Shown here piece after piece: positions 40,913 to 50,497 of a DNA stretch of 64,000 nucleotides. Position 1 is the first letter of the stretch, and each line of letters starts with the position of its first letter. The notes beneath the pieces are model-generated. The model worked only from the letters and a program-made list of their open reading frames with translations. It searched no databases and had not been told where the DNA came from. Source of the DNA: Bdellovibrionales bacterium RIFOXYD12_FULL_39_22 (lineage in GTDB: Bacteria; Bdellovibrionota; Bacteriovoracia; Bacteriovoracales; Bacteriovoracaceae); NCBI GenBank assembly GCA_001770205.1, contig MEQL01000061.1, positions 124,001 to 188,000 of the forward strand, written 5' to 3'. A program made the translations under genes and the position numbers.

Positions 40913-41659
40913 ATGATTGAGTTTTGCCATATATCCAAATCTTTTCGTACTGACTTCTGGGCGCGGCCGATTAATGCGTTAACAGATGTTAGCTTCCAAC
41001 TTTCTTCCAAAGAGGTAACTGGCTTTTTGGGTGCAAATGGCAGCGGAAAAACGACAACGTTAAAAATTTTAATGCATTTTATTTCTGCTTCTGCAGGAGA
41101 AGTTGTCTATGCACCCGAACTAGGAAAGACTTTTTTAGAAATAGTTAGCAATATTGGTTATATGCCAGAGCGGCCCTATTTTTATTCTAATCTGACTGGC
41201 CGAGAATTTTTATTTTACATGGGATCATTAAATGAGGTCAAAATGCCGCTGCTGCGTGAGAGAGTTTCTCGGTGGGGAGAAAGATTACAGATTGCTCATG
41301 CGTTGGATCGAAAAATTAACAATTATTCCAAGGGAATGTTACAGCGGCTTGGCCTTGTAAGTATTTTGCTTCATGGCCCACAACTTTTAATTTTAGATGA
41401 ACCTCTTTCAGGAGTTGATCCGATCGGTAGAAAGGAGATGAAAGCGGCCTTGGACGAAATACATAAAGAGGGAAAAACAATCTTTTTTAGTTCTCACATT
41501 GTTCCAGACATAGAAGAAATTTGCACAAGCGTGGTAGTACTAGAAGAGGGAAAGGTCCGTTATAGTGGGCCAGTTGATGCTTTGTTGGGCAGAAATAGCA
41601 ATAAAAAAGAGGGGCCATCATTAGAAGACATGGTTTATAAATTGGGTAAGTTGCCATGA
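40913..41659 (+). CDS. ABC transporter ATP-binding protein (PilH-like)
   Basis: GANGSGKTT, YSKGM signature, LILDEP, SSH. Confidence 0.9.
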   Translation: MIEFCHISKSFRTDFWARPINALTDVSFQLSSKEVTGFLGANGSGKTTTLKILMHFISASAGEVVYAPELGKTFLEIVSNIGYMPERPYFYSNLTGREFLFYMGSLNEVKMPLLRERVSRWGERLQIAHALDRKINNYSKGMLQRLGLVSILLHGPQLLILDEPLSGVDPIGRKEMKAALDEIHKEGKTIFFSSHIVPDIEEICTSVVVLEEGKVRYSGPVDALLGRNSNKKEGPSLEDMVYKLGKLP

Positions 41660-42450
41660 GATGGAATGCGCTGATAAGTGATTTTAAAAAAAGTGTAGTG
41701 GTTGCCAGATATACATTTGCTGAGTTGTATAGAAGTAAAATTATGATCAATATAGTTTTACTAGGACTGTTTTTGCTGGTGGCCTGCTTTGTTGCTGCGG
41801 AATTTACCTACGGTGTTCCTCAGAAGGTGGCCATTGATTTTGGCCTAGGAGGCCTTTCTATAGCGGCCGTCGGAATTGCTCTTTTGATGGGATCAACACT
41901 GCTGGCAAAAGACGTTGAATCACGAACTATTTATATGGTGCTATCACGTCCCATTTCTCGTCATGGCTTTCTTTTTGGAAAAGTTCTGGGCATGGCCGGA
42001 ATCTTGCTTATAAATGTTCTCTCTCTTGGCCTTTTAAGTTTTTTTGTCTATTGGGTATTGGGGGGTAAAATTCACTTTTTGTTCTTTTGGGCACTTCTTT
42101 TTTCTTTCATGGAATCGTTGCTGGTTTTATTAATAGTCATTTTGTGGTCGACTTTTTCTAATCAGGTAATTTCGATAATTGCTACTTTCTCTTTGTTTAC
42201 GGTAGGCCATGCAGTAAATGATGCTCTGGCCAATAGCTTTGTTACAAGAAATCCGTCCCTTTTTAAGTTTGCCCATTTCTACTCGCTATTTTTTCCTAAT
42301 TTTTCTAAAATAAATATAAAAGACTTTGTGTTATATAAGCAAATGCTTCCGGCCAGCTATTTAATTGGTGCTCTCTCTTATTCCCTGATGTATTCTCTTT
42401 TTTTATTCACGCTAACAGCATATATTTTTAACAGGAAAAATTTAGATTGA
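41656..42450 (+). CDS. ABC-2 type permease (PilI-like)
   Basis: Six TMs; E.RTIY.VLSRPISR..FLFGK..G; ends F.RK.L. Confidence 0.85.
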   Translation: MRWNALISDFKKSVVVARYTFAELYRSKIMINIVLLGLFLLVACFVAAEFTYGVPQKVAIDFGLGGLSIAAVGIALLMGSTLLAKDVESRTIYMVLSRPISRHGFLFGKVLGMAGILLINVLSLGLLSFFVYWVLGGKIHFLFFWALLFSFMESLLVLLIVILWSTFSNQVISIIATFSLFTVGHAVNDALANSFVTRNPSLFKFAHFYSLFFPNFSKINIKDFVLYKQMLPASYLIGALSYSLMYSLFLFTLTAYIFNRKNLD

Positions 42451-43220
42451 TTACCCCTTCATTTTCTTATCATTTGTTGGCCTTTGTGTTTGGTGCAATT
42501 ATTGGAAGTTTTTTAAATGTCCTAATCCATAGGATGCCGCAAGGAGAAGATTTTGTTTTTCGCCCTTCTCATTGCCCATATTGTCAGAAAAAAATTCGCT
42601 GGTTTGAGAATGTTCCTATATTAAGTTTTATAATGCTAAGAGGCCGTTGTTCTAATTGTCAGAAGCAAATCTCCTGGCGCTATCCGATAGTAGAAATTTT
42701 GGGTGGAGCAATGGCCATCTTTTTATTGCCTTCTGCTTTTTCCCGCTATGAAATATTAATTTTTCTAGCATATTTTGCTGTTTTTTCTATTTTTGTAGTA
42801 CATTTTTTTATCGATCTAAAGCATCAAATCTTGCCAGATTCCCTCAACGGTATTTTGGCGGTTATTTTTCTGGCGCTGACAATATTCAAACATGATTGGC
42901 CCTTTTGGTTATCAGGCCTTTTGTTGGGAGCAGGATTTCCTCTTCTTGTCACTTGGCTGTTTTATTTGTTACGTGGACAGGTTGGCCTAGGAGGCGGAGA
43001 TATAAAACTTTTTGGAGCGCTGGGAATTTTTTTGGGCCCGGTAGGAATTATTCAAAACGTTTTTTTAAGCTGTGCGCTGGGATCTGTCGTGGGAATAACT
43101 CTCATTTTGTTAAAGAAAATGAAAAAGGAGACCCCAATTCCCTTCGGCCCATTTATTATAATTGTCTCTTTCATTCAAATATTTTTTCCTGCCCTCCTGT
43201 TTTCTATTTTTCCACCTTGA
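42447..43220 (+). CDS. pilD: Type IV prepilin peptidase
   Basis: GSFLNV.I.R.P, S.CPYC, RGRCSNC..ISWRYP, ID, GGGDIKL, IPFGPF. Confidence 0.95.
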   Translation: MITPSFSYHLLAFVFGAIIGSFLNVLIHRMPQGEDFVFRPSHCPYCQKKIRWFENVPILSFIMLRGRCSNCQKQISWRYPIVEILGGAMAIFLLPSAFSRYEILIFLAYFAVFSIFVVHFFIDLKHQILPDSLNGILAVIFLALTIFKHDWPFWLSGLLLGAGFPLLVTWLFYLLRGQVGLGGGDIKLFGALGIFLGPVGIIQNVFLSCALGSVVGITLILLKKMKKETPIPFGPFIIIVSFIQIFFPALLFSIFPP

Positions 43221-43244
43221 TCGTAGTTCGTTTGATTTATCTTC

Positions 43245-43274
43245 TTGATCTGTTTAGGTTATTCCAGATATAAT
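43245..43274 (+). promoter_or_regulatory. Candidate sigma70 promoter for pilM
   Basis: TTGATC-N18-TATAAT in the pilD-pilM spacer. Confidence 0.45.
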
Positions 43275-43327
43275 TGATAAGGATTATTATTGTGTGTAAA
43301 GATATGAAAGAATAATTTAGGAGCGAT

Positions 43328-44431
43328 GTGGCAGAGACCTTTCAAATTACAAATGTTTTAGAAGGAATAAGAGAGGCCGTCTCTTTTGGTAAAAAGAAAA
43401 TCGTTGGAATTGATATCGGAAGCTCGGCGATTAAGGTTGCGGAAGTCTCTGTTCAAGGACGAGGAAAGGTGCGATTGCACCGGTTTGCCCATATTCCTCT
43501 TCCGGAAGGGGCCATAATTGAAGATGAAATTATAAAAGGAGACGAAATATCGACCGCCATTGAAGACGCCATAAAAGAGGCTTCTTGTGTTGGACATGCC
43601 GTCTGTTTTGGTATGGCCGGACAACACTCGATTACTAAAAAAATCCAAGTTGCTGGCGGATCGAAAGACGAAGTGGATGATCAGGTCTATTGGGAGATTG
43701 AACAGTTCATCCCTTTTGATATCGATGATTCCGCAATTTCTTACGATGTTATTGGTGAAAACAATGCCGGAGGAGTAGACGTTGTCTTTTGTGCCGCCAA
43801 AAGTGACGCCGTTGATAACTATAAAAATCTTTTTGAACAGGCCAACATAAAGGTAAAAATTGTAGATACAAATATTGCCTCCCTCATAAATGTTTTTGAA
43901 TATAATTACCAGGATAAAGTAAAAAATAGTGATAGATCGTATATAATTTTAGATTTTGGTGCTCAGCGAACAGAGTTTATTGTTTATCGAGAAGGGACTC
44001 TCTCTTTTTGCAAAGAGATGAATATCGGTGGCCTGGTTATTACTGAAGAGATTCAGCGAAAAATGGGAGTGAAATATGAGAGTGCTGAGGATCTTAAAAT
44101 AGTTGGTGATAGTAGCGGTAATTTACCAGAAGAAGTTTTATCCATAATCGATGATGTGGTGGAAGTTTTTCTAGTCGAGGCCAAAAAGACTTTAGATTTT
44201 TATATTCAATCAACTTCTGATGAAACCATTGATCATATTTATGTAACCGGAGGTAGTGGACAAATTCCAGGATTTATAGAGGGCCTTGCCAGTGCATTGG
44301 GCCACGAAGTTTCTATTTTTAATCCATTAGAAAATATTGATTATGATAAACATTTTTCTACTGAGGAAATTAACTATATTGGCCATTGTGGCGCCGTAGC
44401 ATTGGGACTTGCAATGAGGAGTGGAGATTAA
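43328..44431 (+). CDS. pilM: Type IV pilus assembly protein PilM
   Basis: VGIDIGSSAIK, EQFIPF, LDFGA, VTGG actin-like motifs; ends ALGLAMR. Confidence 0.94.
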   Translation: MAETFQITNVLEGIREAVSFGKKKIVGIDIGSSAIKVAEVSVQGRGKVRLHRFAHIPLPEGAIIEDEIIKGDEISTAIEDAIKEASCVGHAVCFGMAGQHSITKKIQVAGGSKDEVDDQVYWEIEQFIPFDIDDSAISYDVIGENNAGGVDVVFCAAKSDAVDNYKNLFEQANIKVKIVDTNIASLINVFEYNYQDKVKNSDRSYIILDFGAQRTEFIVYREGTLSFCKEMNIGGLVITEEIQRKMGVKYESAEDLKIVGDSSGNLPEEVLSIIDDVVEVFLVEAKKTLDFYIQSTSDETIDHIYVTGGSGQIPGFIEGLASALGHEVSIFNPLENIDYDKHFSTEEINYIGHCGAVALGLAMRSGD

Positions 44432-45037
44432 ATGATTAAGTTGAATCTTCTTGATAAGAAAAAAACGGCAGCAGTATCATCACTGCCTTTTAATCTTACG
44501 ACGGAATCACTTAACATTAAGGGATTGATTATTTCCTTCGTTGTTTATCTGCTGGTTAGTTACATAATTACACCAGGACTTAATAGTGAGGTAGATACTG
44601 TTTCTGAACGTATTAGCAAGATAAATGGTGAAATTGCTAAGATACAAGCAGAAATTGATTCTCAAGCGGAGTTAAAAGAACAGCTTTTGTCGTACAACGA
44701 CCAAATTACCGCATTACAAGAGAAGACAAAGGTTGTGCAAAAAATTTTAGAAACGCGAAGAAATCCTCGGTCTCTTTTGGAGCGAATTGCGCGAACAATT
44801 CCTGATGATGTTTGGTTAACATCTCTTTCGATAAATCAAAATGCAGATATAAAAATAGAGGGAGAATCCCTTTTTTATAAAAGCATTGGAGAGTTTATTG
44901 CGTCGGCCAATGATTCAGTCTTTTTTGGTAAGACGCTCAAACTTGCCTTTGCCACTACTGATACGAATAGAGATGGTGGCAAAAAGCGAGTAGAGAAATT
45001 TAAAATTGAAGGGACTGTGCAAAACTTTGGGAATTAA
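44432..45037 (+). CDS. pilN: Type IV pilus assembly protein PilN
   Basis: MIKLNLL, TM, coiled coil, IPDDVWLTSL. Confidence 0.9.
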   Translation: MIKLNLLDKKKTAAVSSLPFNLTTESLNIKGLIISFVVYLLVSYIITPGLNSEVDTVSERISKINGEIAKIQAEIDSQAELKEQLLSYNDQITALQEKTKVVQKILETRRNPRSLLERIARTIPDDVWLTSLSINQNADIKIEGESLFYKSIGEFIASANDSVFFGKTLKLAFATTDTNRDGGKKRVEKFKIEGTVQNFGN

Positions 45038-45041
45038 ATAG

Positions 45042-45701
45042 ATGGCCAATACAATTTTGCCCAAATTATATCTTCTCATTATTGCCTACATAGGGTGGGG
45101 CCTCTATCAAGATTATGAGGTAATAGAAGAGAAAAAGGCCGAACTTTTAACTCAAGAGATTGCAAGTAACGCCAAATTAAAAAAGCTAGGAACGCAGCGA
45201 GAAAAAATAAAAGAGTATTTTTCAGATATTGATGCTGCCAAAGAAAGAATTGAAAAGGCCAACCTGCAGATTGAAGAGCTGCAGAAAAAATTTCCCTCAG
45301 AGATTTCCACAACTGCTGATTTGGATTTTTTTACTCAAATTGCAACCTCTTTGAAGATGAAAGAAGTCCGCCCGCAGCTACAGAGTGAGATTTCAAAAGA
45401 TTTTTACTTTGAGCAGCGCTACTTTTTATCAACACGAGGAACATATTTACAAAATTTAATTTTTTTAGAAAAAGTTGCACAAGCGGAGAGGCTTTATAAT
45501 ATAGATAGTATTACTTTGAATGTGGCCAATGAGCAGAAGATGGGCCGCTTTCAGGTTATCTCCTCCGATATTGTGTTGGTTGGCTACAGATATAATAAAA
45601 ATTACAAACCACCACCTCCTCCTGAAATTCCAGAGAAGAAGAACAAAAAGGCAAAGAAAGTAAAAAAAGGAGTTCGAGGCAACTCCGGGGATGGCGATTA
45701 G
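45042..45701 (+). CDS. pilO: Type IV pilus assembly protein PilO
   Basis: TM, coiled coil, P..I, FY, G.Y..FL..V...ERL; position in pilMNOPQ. Confidence 0.85.
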   Translation: MANTILPKLYLLIIAYIGWGLYQDYEVIEEKKAELLTQEIASNAKLKKLGTQREKIKEYFSDIDAAKERIEKANLQIEELQKKFPSEISTTADLDFFTQIATSLKMKEVRPQLQSEISKDFYFEQRYFLSTRGTYLQNLIFLEKVAQAERLYNIDSITLNVANEQKMGRFQVISSDIVLVGYRYNKNYKPPPPPEIPEKKNKKAKKVKKGVRGNSGDGD

Positions 45702-45703
45702 AT

Positions 45704-46315
45704 ATGGGTAGTCTGTTTAATTTTTTTCCCACCTTACTGGCAGTTTTGTTGCCAATTTTGGCCATTTGGCCGACGACAACTCTTTGGTCTCAAGATGAGA
45801 TTTCGGCAGTTGATTCTGCAAATGAAATAGTCACGCCCACAGAAATAGAAAATATTACCAATAACGAATCCACTTCTTCTTTTTCTTCTCCTGCCAATTC
45901 GGCACAGTTTCCATTCTTAAATGGCGAAAAAACATTGATAGAAGAACCATTTAAAATGCGAGATCCTTTTAAGCGAATTGTCAGTTTAGGAAAAGAGAGT
46001 GTGGCCACTGAGAATTCTGGCGAACTTTCGTACTCCGACGGAGCAGAAAAAAAAGATATCAAAGGTATTCCCCTGGATAGAATAAAAGTAGTCGGTGTTT
46101 TATTAGGAAAAAATCGGAGGGCCATGGCCAAAGTGGCCGGTAGTGATGGCGTTTATGTTTTAAAAGAAGGAATGCTTTTAGGAGAAGAGGAATTAGAACT
46201 GAAGGCCATTTTGCCTGGCGGAATTGTGCTTATTGAAAAGATAAAAAACATCTATGATCAAGAAGAATATTTAGAAACGATTATCCCCATCACCTCCGAG
46301 ACAAATATCAAATAA
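45704..46315 (+). CDS. pilP: Type IV pilus assembly protein PilP
   Basis: RDPF motif, PLD..KVVG...AM....G.Y.LK.G..LG; between pilO and pilQ. Confidence 0.8.
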   Translation: MGSLFNFFPTLLAVLLPILAIWPTTTLWSQDEISAVDSANEIVTPTEIENITNNESTSSFSSPANSAQFPFLNGEKTLIEEPFKMRDPFKRIVSLGKESVATENSGELSYSDGAEKKDIKGIPLDRIKVVGVLLGKNRRAMAKVAGSDGVYVLKEGMLLGEEELELKAILPGGIVLIEKIKNIYDQEEYLETIIPITSETNIK

Positions 46316-46421
46316 AAAAGATCGGCCATTGCGGAATATTTTATTTTTCCATAGGATTACACTTATATTTTATTCGGCCTGTGTTATACTAATAACAGGA
46401 CTCTTCAAGGATGAGGTAATT

Positions 46422-48230
46422 ATGAAAAAAGGATTTTTTCGAAAACTCTTCACCTGCCAACTTGCCGCAGCATTGGCCTGTGTGTCATTCATGGCCGGTG
46501 CCCAAGAAAATTGTGAACTACTAAATATTGATTTCAAGCAGCAAGGCGAGGTTTCGGTAGTAACACTCTCTTTTGACAAAGATGTTTTTGATGTCACCAA
46601 ACAACATTTAACGGAAGATAAACAGGTCATCATAGACATTAAAAATAGCAGTGCCCTAGAGAAAATATTACGAGGCCTTGATACTTCGGAATTTTCGGGA
46701 AGCGTTGTTTACATAAACCCCTATCAGCGCAGTAGCGATGTTCGCGTGGCCATTCAATTGCGTGACAACGTTCGCTCTATTCTAAAAAAGGAAGGGAATC
46801 TAGCAATAATCACTATCGAAAATAGATTTGGAGTTTTCTCTCAATCTTACATCGATGAAAATGAAGGAGGGTTCGGCGGTGTTGGCCCCAAGGATTCCAC
46901 GGCCGGACTTCAACCCAAATCAGATACGGTAGAAGATATCTTAGAAAATCTCTCTTTGAGTGGAAAAAAGGTTTATATTGGCCGCCGAATTTCAATTAAT
47001 GTTAAAAGCGTATCAGTCCCAGATATTTTAAATATGATTGCAGATGCTTCGGGATTTAATATTGTTATGAACGAAAGTTTGGCCAAGTTGCCGCGCTTGA
47101 GTCTTTCTTTAACCAACACTCCCTGGGATCAGGTGCTAGATACTGTTTTAGAGATCAATAAATTGGTTGCCAAAAAAAACGGGCCTATTTTATTGGTGAA
47201 GACGGCGGATGAGGAGACGAAAGATCTAGAAGAAAAGCAAAAAATTGCGGAAAAAAATATTAAACAAGAGCCGCTGGTGACAAAAATATTTCCAGTAAGT
47301 TTTGCAGAAATTGGAAGTTTGGAAAAAATTATTACGCCATATTTGACCAAAGAGCGAGGAACTATTGCGCAAGACAAGCGAACAAATGCGATAATTGTTA
47401 AGGATACGGTTGAATCGGTTGATCGGATTAGAAAAATTGTGGAGGCACTAGATACTGAGACCCCACAAATTATGATTGAATCTAAAATCGTAGAGGTGAT
47501 AGAGTCGCACTCTCTTAATGTTGGCCTAGGCGATGGTGTGCACGCGGGCTATGATCCAATCGGGCCAACTGCCCCAAACAAAGGCCCAGGATTTTCTCTT
47601 AGTACCTTGACCAATACTGAGACGTTGGGTGTAAATATTTTACGTTACGGAAAACTAACCGATTTAAAGTTTAATTTAAATTTAATGGAGTCTGAGGGGA
47701 AAATTAAAATCATTCAAAGTCCCAAAATAATTACCCAAAACAATCAACAAGCAACAATTTCTCGAGATGATTCTCGTTACTTTAAAGTGACAACTCCGGC
47801 CACCAATAATTCAACCGCAGGAAGTGTTAGTACCGCCGACACCTGGCAAGAAGTTTCAGCAACTCTTTCACTAGATGTAACGCCACAGGTTACCAATGAC
47901 GGCTCAATTATTTTAAAAGTGGCCGTTAACAAAGGATCCTTTGGCGTACAAACAGATCCAACGCAACCACCCCCTGCGACAACTAGCACCATTAATACTA
48001 ACGTCCTGGTGGATAATGGATCTACTGTGGTAATTGGAGGTATTTATTTGTATGAAGAGAGTGAAAGTCACCATGGAATTCCATTTTTAAAAGATATTCC
48101 ATTAATAGGATGGTTGTTTCGTTCTTCATATAATCCCAAACAAGATAAAACAGAGTTAATGGTTTTTTTAACTCCGCGAATTATGAATCAGGAAAATGCA
48201 GGGCTTAATGTGGCCGACGATAATTCGTAG
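46422..48230 (+). CDS. pilQ: Type IV pilus secretin PilQ
   Basis: Signal peptide; Y.GRRIS, PWDQ.LD, DKRTNAIIV.D, LD..TPQIMIE, L.VTPQ.T.DG, GIPFLKDIP..GWLF, ELMVFLTPRI. GAGG RBS and TGnTATACT (46382-46390) upstream. Confidence 0.95.
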   Translation: MKKGFFRKLFTCQLAAALACVSFMAGAQENCELLNIDFKQQGEVSVVTLSFDKDVFDVTKQHLTEDKQVIIDIKNSSALEKILRGLDTSEFSGSVVYINPYQRSSDVRVAIQLRDNVRSILKKEGNLAIITIENRFGVFSQSYIDENEGGFGGVGPKDSTAGLQPKSDTVEDILENLSLSGKKVYIGRRISINVKSVSVPDILNMIADASGFNIVMNESLAKLPRLSLSLTNTPWDQVLDTVLEINKLVAKKNGPILLVKTADEETKDLEEKQKIAEKNIKQEPLVTKIFPVSFAEIGSLEKIITPYLTKERGTIAQDKRTNAIIVKDTVESVDRIRKIVEALDTETPQIMIESKIVEVIESHSLNVGLGDGVHAGYDPIGPTAPNKGPGFSLSTLTNTETLGVNILRYGKLTDLKFNLNLMESEGKIKIIQSPKIITQNNQQATISRDDSRYFKVTTPATNNSTAGSVSTADTWQEVSATLSLDVTPQVTNDGSIILKVAVNKGSFGVQTDPTQPPPATTSTINTNVLVDNGSTVVIGGIYLYEESESHHGIPFLKDIPLIGWLFRSSYNPKQDKTELMVFLTPRIMNQENAGLNVADDNS

Positions 48231-48252
48231 AAGGCAAGAGGCAGAGAACGTC

Positions 48253-49422
48253 GTGACAAAAAAAATAACCACCTCTCCAATTGTAGCTAAGTATTTGCAG
48301 GCATATGAAAAAGATCCTAAGTCAACTCTCTTTGCTCCATTGGCCGAGGGCATGCGTAAAATTGGAATGGTAGATCGAGCAATTAAGATACTAGAAAGTG
48401 GATTGCGTTATCATCCTGGCCATGTCCTTGGGGTTTTGGGTTTGGCCCAATGCTACTTTGACCTAGGAGAGCATACTAGAACTTTTGATATCCTAAGGCC
48501 CATTATTGGAAACAATCGCGAAAATATTAAAATGCAAAAATTATTTGCGCATGTATGCATGGGAATAGGAAAACTAGAAGACGCATTAGAAACCTATAAA
48601 TATCTTCTCTTTCTTAATCCCAATGACAAAGAGGCCGCTCAATTTGTGAAGGGATTAGAATCTCAAGGCATAAGAGAAGAAGATCCGCTGTTGGCACTAA
48701 GAGATAGCACGTCGGCACAGGAGAAAGATCAATTATTTGCGGTGAACAATATAGATATTATTAAAGAAAGCGCCGACTGGGTTCCTGTAGAAAATTCTAA
48801 GCTGTTGTCGGAGGGCCGCCCTTCGATGGCCAAAGCAGAAGAGTCTTTTTTTGATAGCGCAGAAGAATTTGATCATAAAAACAGACAAGAAGGCCCTGAA
48901 GATGAATGGCAAATAAAATCACATGTGCCAACCTCTATCGCCACTGAAAGCGTTGGTCGACCAAAAGAAGAGGCGTCCATTCAAGCCCCAGTGTTGTCAC
49001 GGACAACGACAAGCAATACCAATGACGATGGGCCAGTAATAACACATACCTTGGTGGATCTCTATTGTGCGCAAGGACATCACCAACGGGCATTAGAAAT
49101 ATTAAATAAAATGTTGGCCTTAAATCCCAACGATCATCGAACGATAGAAAAAATGGAAGAGGTACAGAAAATAATAAAGGATAAATGCCTCCTAGATGAA
49201 GGGCGCAAAAGTCTAATGGATCTTTTTGATAGCAAAATAACACCTGCCATTCCAGTTGTTCCAGAGAGCGGTCAAGTTAAAACTGAACAGGAAATAAGCA
49301 ACGGAAATGAAGATCGAGCTGTAGAAGAATTTAAAATGGTAGAAAAAAGAATGTTAAATTTCTTAACATTAATCAAAAAAAGAGCTAATACATACCTCTC
49401 TGAAAAAAACACGAGGGGATAG
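48253..49422 (+). CDS. TPR-repeat protein
   Basis: KDPKS..FAPLAE..RK.G...A...L..GL..HP N-terminal TPRs; T.TL.DLY..QG...A TPR near the C-terminus; GTG start inferred. Confidence 0.8.
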   Translation: MTKKITTSPIVAKYLQAYEKDPKSTLFAPLAEGMRKIGMVDRAIKILESGLRYHPGHVLGVLGLAQCYFDLGEHTRTFDILRPIIGNNRENIKMQKLFAHVCMGIGKLEDALETYKYLLFLNPNDKEAAQFVKGLESQGIREEDPLLALRDSTSAQEKDQLFAVNNIDIIKESADWVPVENSKLLSEGRPSMAKAEESFFDSAEEFDHKNRQEGPEDEWQIKSHVPTSIATESVGRPKEEASIQAPVLSRTTTSNTNDDGPVITHTLVDLYCAQGHHQRALEILNKMLALNPNDHRTIEKMEEVQKIIKDKCLLDEGRKSLMDLFDSKITPAIPVVPESGQVKTEQEISNGNEDRAVEEFKMVEKRMLNFLTLIKKRANTYLSEKNTRG

Positions 49423-49874
49423 TGGCGATGAAAGATCGGCCTTCACGAATAAAAATTCAAATTATAAATGGCCCCAACCTGAATATTTTAGGCCAAAGAG
49501 AAAAAGATATTTACGGGGAAGATTCACTTTTGGCAATTCAGTCATATGTTGAGGAGAAGATAAAGGGCCTACCCGTTGCTCTTTCCTGGTTTCAATCAAA
49601 TATTGAGGGAGAGATTGTTAATGAGATACAGCGATCTCTCGCAAAAGAAGTAGCGCTTCTAGTGATTAATCCCGGAGGATACTCGCATACTAGTGTCGCT
49701 ATTTATGATGCGCTAAAAGCACTTCCTTGCAAAAAAGTAGAAGTTCACTTGACAAACACGCACAAACGAGAGGATTTTAGAAGAAATCGAATTACCGCAG
49801 GTGCTGTGGACGTTATAATTGAGGGTGCTGGAAAGGATAGTTACTTACTTGCCATTTTATCCCAAACATTTTGA
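49422..49874 (+). CDS. aroQ: Type II 3-dehydroquinate dehydratase
   Basis: NGPNLN.LG.RE..IYG, FQSN.EGE, INPGGYSHTS, VEVHL.N..RE.FR. Confidence 0.95.
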   Translation: MAMKDRPSRIKIQIINGPNLNILGQREKDIYGEDSLLAIQSYVEEKIKGLPVALSWFQSNIEGEIVNEIQRSLAKEVALLVINPGGYSHTSVAIYDALKALPCKKVEVHLTNTHKREDFRRNRITAGAVDVIIEGAGKDSYLLAILSQTF

Positions 49875-49888
49875 AGGAGTTTTAAAAA

Positions 49889-50458
49889 ATGATACCTACC
49901 ACTGAACTAAAAAAGGGATTGAAGATTGAGCTAGAAGGAAAGCCGTATGTGATTTTACAATCAACGCATACTAATCCAGGAAAGGGTTCGGCCTTTGTTC
50001 GGGCCAGAATTAAAAACCTGGAAACGGGAGCAGTAATTGAACGAACCTTTAAGGCCGGGGTTGATACGGGCCTTGAACGTCCAGAACTAGATGAGCGACA
50101 AATGTCCTATATGTATTCAGACATGGAAGGATTTAATTTCATGTGCCAGAACACCTATGAAACTATTCATCTAACAAAAGAACAAATTGGTGATGATATT
50201 GGATTTTTACAAGAAGGAATTATGGTTGCCGTTATTTTTTATAAAGGCCGACCAATTTCTATCGATCTTCCAAACTTTGTTAATATTCGCGTTACTTCCG
50301 CAGAACCGGGAGTAAAAGGTGATACTGCCACTGGGGCATCTAAAAAGGCAACGCTAGAAACAGGAATGATAATAAATGTTCCGCTTTTTGTTAAAGACAA
50401 TGATCTATTAAAAATTGACACAAGAACCGGCGAATATGTCGAGAGAGTTAAAGAATAA
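49889..50458 (+). CDS. efp: Elongation factor P
   Basis: NPGKGSAF loop, PGVKGDTA, VPLFV, IDTRTGEYVER. Confidence 0.97.
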   Translation: MIPTTELKKGLKIELEGKPYVILQSTHTNPGKGSAFVRARIKNLETGAVIERTFKAGVDTGLERPELDERQMSYMYSDMEGFNFMCQNTYETIHLTKEQIGDDIGFLQEGIMVAVIFYKGRPISIDLPNFVNIRVTSAEPGVKGDTATGASKKATLETGMIINVPLFVKDNDLLKIDTRTGEYVERVKE

Positions 50459-50497
50459 AAAAGAACTCTAAATACTTAGAGGATAGGTAATTAACTA

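Noticed and set aside
40861..41010. Long head-to-head overlap of the 40009-41010 ORF with the ABC ATPase
   Set aside because: Downstream ATGs (40890, 40860) directly precede the TM segment and remove the overlap.
49889..50458. EF-P NPGKG loop as a novel modification type
   Set aside because: The conserved PGKG lysine is retained and no modification enzyme is adjacent; nothing supports novelty.
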